Notes: a model not told the origin generated them from the letters alone. Counted from the stretch's first letter, positions 1 through 8,415 are shown. The stretch: 38,603 nucleotides of DNA from Candidatus Uhrbacteria bacterium (GCA_030688135.1 JAUYIW010000029.1:1-38603), one strand, 5' to 3'. Translations and numbers: made by a program.

Positions 1-2
1 AG

Positions 3-137
3 CGGTTCATTCCGCTGTACAAGGCGTTTTTCAAGGGGAAGAAAAATGAGAAGATGAAACGCAGCGGCGGCATGCCCGAGCCGCGCGGCTACGCGACGCA
101 CACTGTCCAACATCTAGCGTTGACAAAGTGTGTGTAG
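3..137 (+). CDS. 3' end of an ORF entering from the left edge (...RFIPLYKAFFKGKKNEKMKRSGGMPEPRGYATHTVQHLALTKCV*); no family recognised
   Basis: Frame open from the window edge to TAG 135-137. Locally G+C-rich (about 60-105). The stop lies inside the first 30-mer repeat unit. Confidence 0.2.
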   Translation, partial: RFIPLYKAFFKGKKNEKMKRSGGMPEPRGYATHTVQHLALTKCV

Positions 138-169
138 GTCAACATCTAGCGTTGACAAAGTGTGTGTAG
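108..169. repeat. Tandem direct repeat: 2 identical 30-mers CAACATCTAGCGTTGACAAAGTGTGTGTAG (108-137 and 140-169, period 32)
   Basis: Read directly. The units are separated by GT and each contains TTGACA. The core ACATCTAGCGTTGACA recurs at 17294-17309. Confidence 0.9.
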
Positions 170-307
170 ATTTTGTGAGAATTCGCGGTCAATTACCCGT
201 CTGTCACGGCCAAGGATCGTTGCAATTCTATTATGACTTTTCTCAGAGGCCAGACAGATTTCAATGATCTGACTCTCAAGTGTGGTGAGTCTTCTCGTAT
301 GAGCCAT
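146..307 (-). pseudogene. 53-codon remnant resembling the N-terminal HTH of IS30-type transposases; no catalytic domain follows
   Basis: Hand translation: MAHTRRLTTLESQIIEICLASEKSHNRIATILGRDRRVIDREFSQNLHTLCQR*. It fits the HTH pattern L..E...I......S...IA..LGR....I.RE. The C-terminus and stop lie inside the second 30-mer repeat. Confidence 0.4.
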
Positions 308-502
308 ATATTAAAGGATCCGGCTCACAGGAACAGGGATGGGCAATATGTTTAGAATTCGGCTTCCCGGCTATAAAGGAGGAACTAGCAATTAAAATGC
401 GCAGACAAATAGATTCTAATCTCAAACAAAACACTCAAAATTTGCTGATAGAACATAAATAACGTTCTTGGTACTCAGGACTTTCACTTGGGTATTTTTA
501 AT

Positions 503-537
503 AAAACAGACACCCGGTAAAGGTGCCTGTTTTATTT
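503..537 (-). terminator. Intrinsic terminator of the zinc-ribbon gene
   Basis: The 9-bp stem (506-514 / 522-530) has a G.U pair that is valid only in the minus-strand transcript. A T-rich tract follows. Confidence 0.6.
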
Positions 538-1044
538 TTAATTATTGTCTTCATTTTCGTCCTCTGACAAACTTTCATCTTCTTCGTAATCCTCTTCGTA
601 TTCATCGTCTTCCTCAATATCTTCTGCCAGGTCTGTGAGAAGATCGAGAATCTTTCCCATCTTTGTGTTCATTTCTTTGAGTTGCTTTACAACATCTTCA
701 CTTCCTCCTCGAGGGGTACTGTGGTAAGCAGGCTTGTCCGATCCCCCTCTGCGGTCAAAATCTTTCTTTGCGTATCGTGACTTTGATGTACCATCATCGT
801 CTCCACGGAAGCAGTTGTTACACAAAACTGGTCTTCGACCGTTTGGTTTAAAAGGGACTTCGCATGATTCATTACACTGTCCGCAAGTTGCACGATGCAT
901 TTCCGGGCGAGAATCACGGTCGCCACTGCGCTTCCAATCTCCACCGCCACCACCACTTCCACCGCTAAAACTTCTTCCTCCTTTATATCCGTCTCTCTTC
1001 TTGTCCTTCCAGTCTCCTGAACTCTGTTTCTTAAATGGTTTCAT
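538..1044 (-). CDS. CxxC...CxxC zinc-ribbon protein with a Gly/Arg-rich N-terminus and a poly-acidic C-terminal tail
   Basis: Zinc-ribbon core is ATCGQCNESCEVPFKPNGRRPVLCNNCF. The N-terminus carries GGSGGGGG/RG repeats. The last ~35 residues are almost all D/E. Confidence 0.7.
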   Translation of the reverse strand: MKPFKKQSSGDWKDKKRDGYKGGRSFSGGSGGGGGDWKRSGDRDSRPEMHRATCGQCNESCEVPFKPNGRRPVLCNNCFRGDDDGTSKSRYAKKDFDRRGGSDKPAYHSTPRGGSEDVVKQLKEMNTKMGKILDLLTDLAEDIEEDDEYEEDYEEDESLSEDENEDNN

Positions 1045-1051
1045 ATATTTA

Positions 1052-2530
1052 TTACTTAATTAACGTTGCTAGATCTAGTGTTTGGTCAAATCTGATTTGT
1101 TTTAGGAAATCTTCATCATGGCTTACAACAATCATACATCCTTCATAATCATTTAATGCCTTTGCAATAACTGGCAAATGTCTGAAGTTTATATGATTTG
1201 TTGGCTCGTCAAAGATTAATAGTCCTGGCTCTTGTAGAACAAAGCGAGCAAAACTTAGTAAACCTTTTTGACCTTCCGAGAGCGCTTCTACCCTTGTCGC
1301 GAGCGCCTCACCGTTCAGTAGGAATTTAGCGCCAGTGCGGCGAATCATTTCGTTTTCTGGTGCATCCATTACTTCTGCAAGGGAATCGTAAGCGGTTTTA
1401 GAAAAGTCTAGTCCGGAGAAATCCTGTCTGTAATATCCAACTTTTATTTCTTCAGTTATAACTGCGTCCTTACTTTCTCCTCCGGCAAGTGTTCGCAGTA
1501 ATGTGCTTTTGCCAATACCATTCGGTCCGGTAATAAGTAAGTGATGATTTCGTCTCAGCGTAATGTCGACCTTAGCATTATGCGGTTCCTGATTCAAAAT
1601 AACTTTTACACTGTTTAGCTGAACAATCGCTTTGGTAGTATGCTGTGCTGGAATAATAAACTCACCAATAGTGCGATCATCTCGTTTAACACCTACCATA
1701 TTACTCTCGGCCTCCCTAACTTCATCTTTGAGTTTACTCGCAAGTTTACGCATTTTTCCTCCTTTGTGCGCAAAGAAGTTTACTTTGTCTTTTCTGTCCT
1801 GAATAGTTTTTAGAAGCTGTGCATTTTTTGCACGATCGCGTTCAACACGCGCTGAAATCTCTTCTACTACGTCAGTATAGTTGCCATCATACTTTTCAAC
1901 CTTTCCAGTAAAGACATCGAGATGCAAGACGCCTTCGGTAAAACTATTCAAAAAGTCTGCATCATGGGAAATTACTAAAACGGTTTTTGGGTACATTATT
2001 AGAAAAGCTGTAAGATGCGCAATGCCGTCGCTATCAAGATTATTTGTTGGCTCGTCAAGTAGCAAGATGTCAGGTTCTTGAATAATAGCAAACGCTAGGA
2101 GTAATCGTGCCTGCTGACCACCAGAAAAGTCACTAATAACCTTATCGAGTGGCGTAGCAAAGTTAACAACTTCAAGAGCGTCGGCAATACGTTTATCAAG
2201 ATTATAAGGCACTTCGCTAAAGCCATGTGAAAAGTACTCGCGCACGGTTTCTGTTAAATGCTCCCGCCCCATAACCTGCTTTCCTGTAGCGATAGTCGTC
2301 TCGGCAGGGATATGAATACTTCCTTTGTCAGGCTTAAGCTCACCGGTTATAAGTTTGAATATTGTGCTTTTTCCAGCACCATTTTGACCCATAAGCGTTA
2401 GCTTTGAGTCCTCGCGAACAGAAAAACTAACCTCTTTTAAAATGAGGTTCTCGGCGCTGTAGCCGAAGTTGATTTCTTCAAAACGAATGATAACGTTATT
2501 TTGTGTCATAGAAGTAGGGGAGTGTACCAT
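1052..2530 (-). CDS. ABC-F family ATPase (two tandem ABC domains, no membrane domain)
   Basis: Walker A: GQNGAGKST and GPNGIGKST. Signature motifs: FSGGQQ and LSEGQK. Walker B: LLLDEP and LIFDEP. The likely true start is Met8 (2509). Confidence 0.85.
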   Translation of the reverse strand: MVHSPTSMTQNNVIIRFEEINFGYSAENLILKEVSFSVREDSKLTLMGQNGAGKSTIFKLITGELKPDKGSIHIPAETTIATGKQVMGREHLTETVREYFSHGFSEVPYNLDKRIADALEVVNFATPLDKVISDFSGGQQARLLLAFAIIQEPDILLLDEPTNNLDSDGIAHLTAFLIMYPKTVLVISHDADFLNSFTEGVLHLDVFTGKVEKYDGNYTDVVEEISARVERDRAKNAQLLKTIQDRKDKVNFFAHKGGKMRKLASKLKDEVREAESNMVGVKRDDRTIGEFIIPAQHTTKAIVQLNSVKVILNQEPHNAKVDITLRRNHHLLITGPNGIGKSTLLRTLAGGESKDAVITEEIKVGYYRQDFSGLDFSKTAYDSLAEVMDAPENEMIRRTGAKFLLNGEALATRVEALSEGQKGLLSFARFVLQEPGLLIFDEPTNHINFRHLPVIAKALNDYEGCMIVVSHDEDFLKQIRFDQTLDLATLIK

Positions 2531-2706
2531 GAAACTCGAAAAAAAGCTAGTGCAAGCCTATATATTCGAATTAAATACTAATGTAAGGTTCTGTTAAGCC
2601 TTGGTAAGCAGGATATTTATAATACTGCAGTGGCTCGAAAGCATGTTAATAAAGGAATTATCGTTGATTACTTTACAAAAAGGTCAAATCGTGGTATTAA
2701 CAAAAT

Positions 2707-3603
2707 ATGAAAATTCTTGGAATCGGACTAATGGGAGTACCTTTTTTTAATTTAGACGTAAAGAAAGAGGCAGAATCGCGTGGACACAGCATGGATTTTT
2801 GCCTTGCTAGTTCCTTAAATTTTGATATTAGCAATGAAAGCATCGATATAAGAGCAGGTGGTTTTAATTTGAAAGATTTTGATCTTATACACGTTGGATC
2901 ATTAATTCGAAATCGATGGCCACTTATTGCAACATTTGGATATCTTAGTCGTAATACCGGTTGTGCGATTGTTGATGATAGATTGATAAGTACAAATCTT
3001 GATCAGTATTCTGGACTCGCGAAGTACATTCTTGAACATGAGAATGGAATAAGGTTTCCTCGCTCGATTGTTTTCAAACAGGTTGAAGAAATTGAAGATA
3101 AGCTGTGTGAGTTTAAGTTTCCAGTTATTATAAAGACGAACTGCAGTAAGCAGGGAGCTGGTGTTGGTTTAGCACATAACATCAAAGACATTAAGAAGTT
3201 CGTTAAGCAAAAGCTAAAGATTAGTCAAAACATTGGATTTATTTTAAGAGAGCGAATACCAAATAATGGAGATTATCGCGTTAATGTAATTGACGGCAAG
3301 GCTGTTGTTTGTTTAAAAAGAACTCCAAAGAAAGGTGAATTTAGATCAAACATAAGCCTTGGTGGCAAACTTACAAAAACTAATGCGAAAGATGTAAAAG
3401 AGGTTTGTGCGGTTGGTGAAAAGATTGCACGTCTTTCAAACTATGATGTCGCTGGAGTCGACGTTATGGTTCATGCGGATACTGGCGTAGCATATGTGCT
3501 CGAGGTAAATAGGGCTCCTGGAAGTCTAGAGGACGATGTTTTGGCTTCGGGAGTGGATATGGCAAAACTTATTGTTGATTTGTACGAAAAGCGAGTCGCG
3601 TAA
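2707..3603 (+). CDS. ATP-grasp enzyme, RimK-like
   Basis: GDYRVNVIDGKAV...FRSNISLGG...VAGVDVMV...VLEVNRAPG is typical of the RimK/ATP-grasp C-terminal half. Confidence 0.65.
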   Translation: MKILGIGLMGVPFFNLDVKKEAESRGHSMDFCLASSLNFDISNESIDIRAGGFNLKDFDLIHVGSLIRNRWPLIATFGYLSRNTGCAIVDDRLISTNLDQYSGLAKYILEHENGIRFPRSIVFKQVEEIEDKLCEFKFPVIIKTNCSKQGAGVGLAHNIKDIKKFVKQKLKISQNIGFILRERIPNNGDYRVNVIDGKAVVCLKRTPKKGEFRSNISLGGKLTKTNAKDVKEVCAVGEKIARLSNYDVAGVDVMVHADTGVAYVLEVNRAPGSLEDDVLASGVDMAKLIVDLYEKRVA

Positions 3604-3645
3604 TAAAAAGATTGTCTAGCGACAATTTTTTTATTTGGATTAAGA

Positions 3646-3969
3646 TTAGCTCTTACTTTTGTTTACTTTATGAATTCCACGAAAGCCAAGGGAAATCAAA
3701 ATAAAAATTACTACCTTTAAGAGATAGTGTTCATTTAAATCAACAAAATTTAAAGTCATCGGAGTCATGTTGCCGGTTAAGATATGCGCCAATATTCCAA
3801 TTGGAAGTGCCCAAATCACCCAACTCACTTTAGGCACTTTAATGTTAGCCTTGAGCAAGACTTTTGAAAGTAACGGGGAAATTATCCACATTCCAACAAG
3901 CGCTATGCTAATGTCAAAAACAGCGTAATCGAGAACTCTGAATTGTCTTAGATATTCTAAAGTATTCAT
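3646..3969 (-). CDS. Small integral membrane protein; no family recognised
   Basis: 107-aa ORF with three hydrophobic helices. Confidence 0.5.
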   Translation of the reverse strand: MNTLEYLRQFRVLDYAVFDISIALVGMWIISPLLSKVLLKANIKVPKVSWVIWALPIGILAHILTGNMTPMTLNFVDLNEHYLLKVVIFILISLGFRGIHKVNKSKS

Positions 3970-4118
3970 AAATATACTATAAATTTACTATATTATATCA
4001 CATTTTAGAGCGTTGAGTTCCTTTATGCTTAGGTCTGTCCATGGCATATCTATTCATTGGATATTTGGCATAAATGCTGAAATTAACTACAGATTAGTCG
4101 TTGCCGACGACTTTACGC

Positions 4119-4147
4119 TTGACAAAAATACCAATTTAGTGTATAGT
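4119..4147 (+). promoter_or_regulatory. Sigma70-type promoter TTGACA-17-TATAGT for the cold-shock gene
   Basis: TTGACA at 4119-4124, a 17-nt spacer, and TATAGT at 4142-4147. This implies a leader of about 80 nt, which is usual for csp mRNAs. Confidence 0.6.
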
Positions 4148-4235
4148 GGCGAATAAGCAAAGAGTACTCACACGTGGAGATCCGTCGAATTTCCCACAGA
4201 GGCTAAATTTGCGGATTATTCATTATACACTACCT

Positions 4236-4433
4236 ATGACTGGTACAATCAAAAGATTGACAGACAAGGGGTTCGGTTTCATTGCCGTTGAAGGTGAAGA
4301 GAAAGATCTTTTCTTCCACTCATCTTCACTTGTTGATGTAACATTCGAAGAGCTCCGAGAAGGTGATGCTGTAACATTTGACACAGAAGACTCTGACAAG
4401 GGTCCACGTGCTACAAACGTTCAGCGCGCTTAA
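4236..4433 (+). CDS. csp: Cold-shock domain protein (CspA family)
   Basis: MTGTIKRLTDKGFGFI... carries the RNP1-like KGFGFI motif. I chose the start at Met31 of the listed ORF because the promoter -10 box overlaps the GTG at 4146. Confidence 0.85.
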   Translation: MTGTIKRLTDKGFGFIAVEGEEKDLFFHSSSLVDVTFEELREGDAVTFDTEDSDKGPRATNVQRA

Positions 4434-4442
4434 CTATCAAAC

Positions 4443-4478
4443 AAAAAAACCATCCTGTAAAACGGGTGGTTTTTTGTT
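4443..4478 (+). terminator. Intrinsic terminator after csp
   Basis: Stem AAAAACCATCC / GGGTGGTTTTT followed by a T-run. Confidence 0.7.
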
Positions 4479-4504
4479 TCTGCCTACTTTTGACTAAGTT
4501 TTTT

Positions 4505-4810
4505 TTAAACTCGTTCACGCACTTCTTGAGCTGTTGGTGTTTTTCTGGCTTTTAGAATCAAAGTAATAAACATCGCATAGGCTATTATATACAAAGAGTA
4601 TTCAACGAACTCAGCCCACTCTCCAAATGCTATTAGCTCCCTAACAGCATGCCAAAGTCTTGCAGCGCCCATAAAACTTAATGACCATACCGTTGCAAGT
4701 AATGCGGAATGTGTTAATCCGCGTTGTACTGCGTACCATGCGATGTACGCTGAGACGATAGCCATTATTGCTGTTATAAACGAAACACTAAAGTAAAATA
4801 GTTCTTCCAT
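4505..4810 (-). CDS. Small membrane protein; no family recognised
   Basis: 101-aa ORF with three hydrophobic helices. Confidence 0.5.
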   Translation of the reverse strand: MEELFYFSVSFITAIMAIVSAYIAWYAVQRGLTHSALLATVWSLSFMGAARLWHAVRELIAFGEWAEFVEYSLYIIAYAMFITLILKARKTPTAQEVRERV

Positions 4811-4865
4811 ATTTTAAAAATTGATTTAACGAATTTCTAAGTATATTATACATCACTATAAAATA

Positions 4866-4900
4866 AATTAAAACAAAAAACAGCCAGTAAAGGCTGTTTT
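4866..4900 (-). terminator. Intrinsic terminator of the helicase gene
   Basis: Hairpin CAGCC-AGTAAA-GGCTG flanked by A/T runs. A T-run follows on the minus strand. Confidence 0.65.
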
Positions 4901-4904
4901 AAAA

Positions 4905-6308
4905 TTATCTTTTGCTTCGTCTTTGGGTACTGCGTCGTCCACGTCCGGCTCCACCACTACGTGCAGGTCCTCTATGACCCGCACTAGACGACCCTCCGCC
5001 TGATCTTGCGCCACCTGCACGACCACTGCTACTACCTCCGCTTCGGCCACCACTATATCCTCCGCCACCCGATGATCGTCCTTGCGACGATTTTTTGTAG
5101 TAGCTTCTGCCACCTGGGCGACTAGATGTTGATTGCCTTCGCTGATCTTCGTCAAATTTTGCTCTATTAATTGGTTCAAACTTTTTACCGGCAAGAGACT
5201 TAATAGGAAGCGTAAGATTTATCAGTTTTTCAATTTGTTTAATATCTTTTTTCTGTTCAGGCGCAGCGAACGAGATTGCTTTTCCAGATTTTCCAGCACG
5301 AGCAGTTCTTCCAATTCGGTGAACGTAATCCTCAATTTGATCAGGCAGATCATAGTTTACAACCAGCTGAATGTTGTCTACGTCGATTCCACGTGAAGCA
5401 ATGTCGGTGGCAACTAAAATTCTATACTTGCCGGTTGAGAATCCCTTTAGTGCATTTTGTCTTTGATTTTGTGATCTATTCGAATGTATTTCGTCTACAG
5501 CAAAACCCATTCTTCTAATATCTCGTGTAATTTTTGCAGCTCCATGTTTGGTTCTGCTGAACACTAAAACAGAGCCTTTATATTCTTTGAGTAGTTCTTG
5601 TAGTAATCCAATTTTTTGATCTCGTGGAACAATGAAAACTTCTTGATCAACATTTTCAACAGTAGTTCCTGGTTTTGTAACCTCAATTCTAAGTGGCTTT
5701 CGCATGTACTGACTTGCAATTGCCGCAATCTCTTTTGGCATTGTTGCTGAAAATAACATTGTTTGGCGATCCTGTGGGATAAAGGCAAGAATCCGCTTTA
5801 GTTGTGGCGCAAAGCCCATGTCAAGCATACGGTCGGCTTCGTCTAGCACAAGCATACCAACCTCTGAAAGTGATATGTATTTTTGCTCAACTAGGTCAAT
5901 TAGCCGTCCAGGTGTTGCGACAATTATGTGTGGTCTTGCTTTAAGCTGTCTAATCTGCGATCCGGGATTAGTTCCACCAATTAAAATAGCGGTTCGAAGT
6001 CCGGATTTACCTGCAACTTTTCTTAGTGTTTCATCAACCTGCACGGCAAGTTCGCGAGTAGGAAGTAATATCAACCCCATTTGTTGAGTAGCTGAAACAT
6101 GCTGCAACATTGGAATTGAAAACGCTAATGTCTTACCAGAACCGGTTTGGGCAATACCTACAACGTCTTCACCGGAAGTAGCAATAGGAATGGCCTTGTA
6201 TTGAATAGGCGTTGGATGAGCAAAACCAAGCGCTTGAACGCGCTTTAATAATCCCGGTTTAATTCCTAAACCATTAAAATCCTGATGTTCTAATTCTTCT
6301 CTTGGCAT
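4905..6308 (-). CDS. DEAD-box ATP-dependent RNA helicase with a Gly/Arg/Ser-rich C-terminal tail
   Basis: Helicase motifs AQTGSGKT, PTRELA, DEAD, SAT and HRIGRTAR. The tail reads GGRSGGSSSGRAGGARSGG. Confidence 0.92.
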   Translation of the reverse strand: MPREELEHQDFNGLGIKPGLLKRVQALGFAHPTPIQYKAIPIATSGEDVVGIAQTGSGKTLAFSIPMLQHVSATQQMGLILLPTRELAVQVDETLRKVAGKSGLRTAILIGGTNPGSQIRQLKARPHIIVATPGRLIDLVEQKYISLSEVGMLVLDEADRMLDMGFAPQLKRILAFIPQDRQTMLFSATMPKEIAAIASQYMRKPLRIEVTKPGTTVENVDQEVFIVPRDQKIGLLQELLKEYKGSVLVFSRTKHGAAKITRDIRRMGFAVDEIHSNRSQNQRQNALKGFSTGKYRILVATDIASRGIDVDNIQLVVNYDLPDQIEDYVHRIGRTARAGKSGKAISFAAPEQKKDIKQIEKLINLTLPIKSLAGKKFEPINRAKFDEDQRRQSTSSRPGGRSYYKKSSQGRSSGGGGYSGGRSGGSSSGRAGGARSGGGSSSAGHRGPARSGGAGRGRRSTQRRSKR

Positions 6309-6317
6309 AAGAACAGA

Positions 6318-6346
6318 AGCATAGTCTATTTAGGGGGATTTGTCAA
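6318..6346 (-). promoter_or_regulatory. Promoter TTGACA-17-TATGCT placing the transcription start 2-3 nt before the helicase ATG (near-leaderless)
   Basis: The minus-strand TTGACA corresponds to plus-strand tgtcaa at 6341-6346. The -10 box corresponds to plus-strand agcata at 6318-6323. The ATG is at 6308. Confidence 0.4.
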
Positions 6347-6459
6347 TCACTATACATAAAAGTGACTCTCCCTGTCATTATATCAGATAAAACATACTCA
6401 ATGCCAATAGATCACGTATTCTGCATATTATAAATTTCAGACTACTGAACAAGAAATCA

Positions 6460-6490
6460 AATTATGGTGTCTCTAAGAGACGTCACAATT
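6460..6490 (+). repeat. Hairpin family H, copy 1 (core GTCTCTAAGAGAC at 6469-6481)
   Basis: 14-bp stem AATTATGGTGTCTC / GAGACGTCACAATT with 2 G.U pairs that are valid only on the plus strand. It lies in the leader/intergenic region upstream of 6557. Confidence 0.8.
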
Positions 6491-6556
6491 ATGCGGTATA
6501 CCCTTGGAATACTTTGAACATTAGTAAAACCTTGATATCATAAGGCGCATAAAGCT

Positions 6557-7666
6557 ATGATAAAGGAAAAAATTCAACAATCCATACGCTTCCTTCGTAT
6601 TCAGGAAATGTATGACAAATACGAACGTCTTTTACTTCCTGCAATGCTTGTAGTTGGTCTTATTGTTGATTTTATTACATTTAGAACAATCAAAGTTAGC
6701 ACGGCTTTTACGATTTTATGCGTGTATTTAGTTATTGCCGGTAGCACGATTGCCTTTATTAATATTTTTGACAGCAGAATAAGGCGTGGTAGAAATAGAT
6801 TAAGGTACCTACGACTTGCTTCTCCTCTTATTGTGCAATTTACATTTGGAGCTTTGCTTAGTGCGTCATTAATTTTTTATTGGTTTAGTGGAACGGTGTC
6901 GGTTAGTTGGCCACTTATTTTTATTATCGCATTTCTAATAGTTTCAAATGACGTATTCAAAGACAGATACCTTTCGCCAAAGGTGCAAATTGGCGTTTAT
7001 TACTTTGCATTGTTTTCACTATCGTCATTAATATTCCCGTTTATATTTAACTCAATTAGCGCTTGGGTTTTTGTATTAGGGGGTGTTGTAAGCGCACTGT
7101 TAATGTATGCTTACATAACTTTGCTCGCAAAGTCAGTAGAAGACATTCGAAATGTTAAAATAAAGTTATTTTGGGTTATTGGTTTAATTTTTATTTTTTT
7201 AAATGGCTTGTATTTTTTAAATGTGATTCCGCCAATCCCTCTTTCCCTTCGAGAAGCCGGCGTTTATCACAATGTCAAGCAATCTAGCGGTTTGTATATG
7301 TTGAGCGGAGAAAGGGAATCGTTACTAGATAAGATTATTCCAGGGCAAACGATTCATATTGAAAAGGGCCAGAGCGTTTACGCGTATTCTGCAATATTTG
7401 CCCCAGCTGAATTAAACACGGTGATTGTTCATAACTGGGAGTATTTTGACTCAGACACACGCAGATGGATTAGCAAAGATAAACTAACCTTTAGAATTTA
7501 CGGTGGTCGTGACGAAGGATTCCGTGGATATTCTGCTAAGTCTCAAGTTAGCGCAGGAAAGTGGAGAGTTAGTGTTGAAACAGAACGGGGTCAGGTATTG
7601 GGCCGATTACGTTTTGGAGTTGAAATTGTGGATGTTGCGCCAGATCTTATAAAATCAACAAGATAG
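6557..7666 (+). CDS. Polytopic membrane protein with a C-terminal soluble domain (DUF2914-like)
   Basis: About 6 TM helices, then ...GKWRVSVETERGQVLGRLRFGV. The family assignment is from memory of the DUF2914 pattern. Confidence 0.5.
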   Translation: MIKEKIQQSIRFLRIQEMYDKYERLLLPAMLVVGLIVDFITFRTIKVSTAFTILCVYLVIAGSTIAFINIFDSRIRRGRNRLRYLRLASPLIVQFTFGALLSASLIFYWFSGTVSVSWPLIFIIAFLIVSNDVFKDRYLSPKVQIGVYYFALFSLSSLIFPFIFNSISAWVFVLGGVVSALLMYAYITLLAKSVEDIRNVKIKLFWVIGLIFIFLNGLYFLNVIPPIPLSLREAGVYHNVKQSSGLYMLSGERESLLDKIIPGQTIHIEKGQSVYAYSAIFAPAELNTVIVHNWEYFDSDTRRWISKDKLTFRIYGGRDEGFRGYSAKSQVSAGKWRVSVETERGQVLGRLRFGVEIVDVAPDLIKSTR

Positions 7667-7668
7667 TT

Positions 7669-8415
7669 ATGGCAGTTTTAAATTGCTATAAACCTGAAGG
7701 AGCTACGCCTCTTAGCGTGCTCGATTCTATAAAACTCAAGGATAGTTCATTGGCAGATACATTAATGACGTATGCGGGTAGGCTTGATCCAATGGCTGAT
7801 GGAGTTCTGGTTGTTTTGACTGGAGACGACAGACTAAGGCGTGACGAATTTATGGCGTTAAACAAGACCTATCAAGCGTCTTTTTTGTTTGGCTTTGAGT
7901 CTGACAGTTACGATGCTTTGGGTTTGGTTAAACGTGGGCAGGATTGTCAGATAAGTGATATCGAGCGTGAGCTAAAAGATTTAGTAGGAGTTCACAATCT
8001 ACCGTTCCCTCCGTATTCGTCGTATAAAGTTCAGGGTAAACCACTACATTGGTGGACTAAGGAAGGAAGACTTGCTGAGATTGAAATACCAACAAAAGAA
8101 ATGAACGTACTTACGGTTTCAGATGTTTCACTCACGAGCATTACCTTAGAATCCGCACTTGCAAATATTGAGCGACGTATTGGTTTAGTTAAAGGTGATT
8201 TTCGTCAGGAGGAGATTTTAAAACAATGGCTCAAGGCTTTAGATGTAGTTAAAAACATATCACTTGCTACCGCTACACTAGAAGTATCTAGCGGTACTTA
8301 CATTCGAGCGCTTGCACACGATTTAGGAAGTCGTCTAGGCTGTGGAGCACTGCTATATTCGTTGACTCGTACAAAAGTTGGTAACTATTTGTTGGATGAT
8401 TCAACTAGATTATAA
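7669..8415 (+). CDS. truB: tRNA pseudouridine synthase, TruB-like
   Basis: AGRLDPMADGVLVVLTG contains the catalytic Asp motif. SSGTYIRALAHDLG is also characteristic of TruB. Confidence 0.75.
   Translation: MAVLNCYKPEGATPLSVLDSIKLKDSSLADTLMTYAGRLDPMADGVLVVLTGDDRLRRDEFMALNKTYQASFLFGFESDSYDALGLVKRGQDCQISDIERELKDLVGVHNLPFPPYSSYKVQGKPLHWWTKEGRLAEIEIPTKEMNVLTVSDVSLTSITLESALANIERRIGLVKGDFRQEEILKQWLKALDVVKNISLATATLEVSSGTYIRALAHDLGSRLGCGALLYSLTRTKVGNYLLDDSTRL

Noticed and set aside
1-107. Group II intron 3' end (domain V-like GAGCCGCGCGGCT) at the left edge
   Set aside because: The hairpin lacks the conserved domain V sequence and length, and no RT or maturase context is visible in the window.
108-169. 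Possible CRISPR array or iteron cluster
   Set aside because: There are only two units separated by 2 nt. There are no spacers and no cas genes. This is a simple tandem duplication.
687-1063. ORFs 687-962 (minus strand) and 734-1063 (plus strand) overlapping the zinc-ribbon gene
   Set aside because: They are alternative-frame or antisense shadows of a low-complexity gene, with proline- or repeat-like translations and no start context.
4146-4235. 30-codon N-terminal extension of the cold-shock protein from GTG 4146
   Set aside because: The GTG overlaps the -10 box of the TTGACA-17-TATAGT promoter. Csp proteins normally begin a few residues before KGFGFI.
4868-6087. Listed ORFs 4868-5194, 5133-5396, 5276-5518, 5564-5788 and 5818-6087
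   Set aside because: All lie inside or antisense to the well-supported DEAD-box helicase gene, and their translations are low-complexity.
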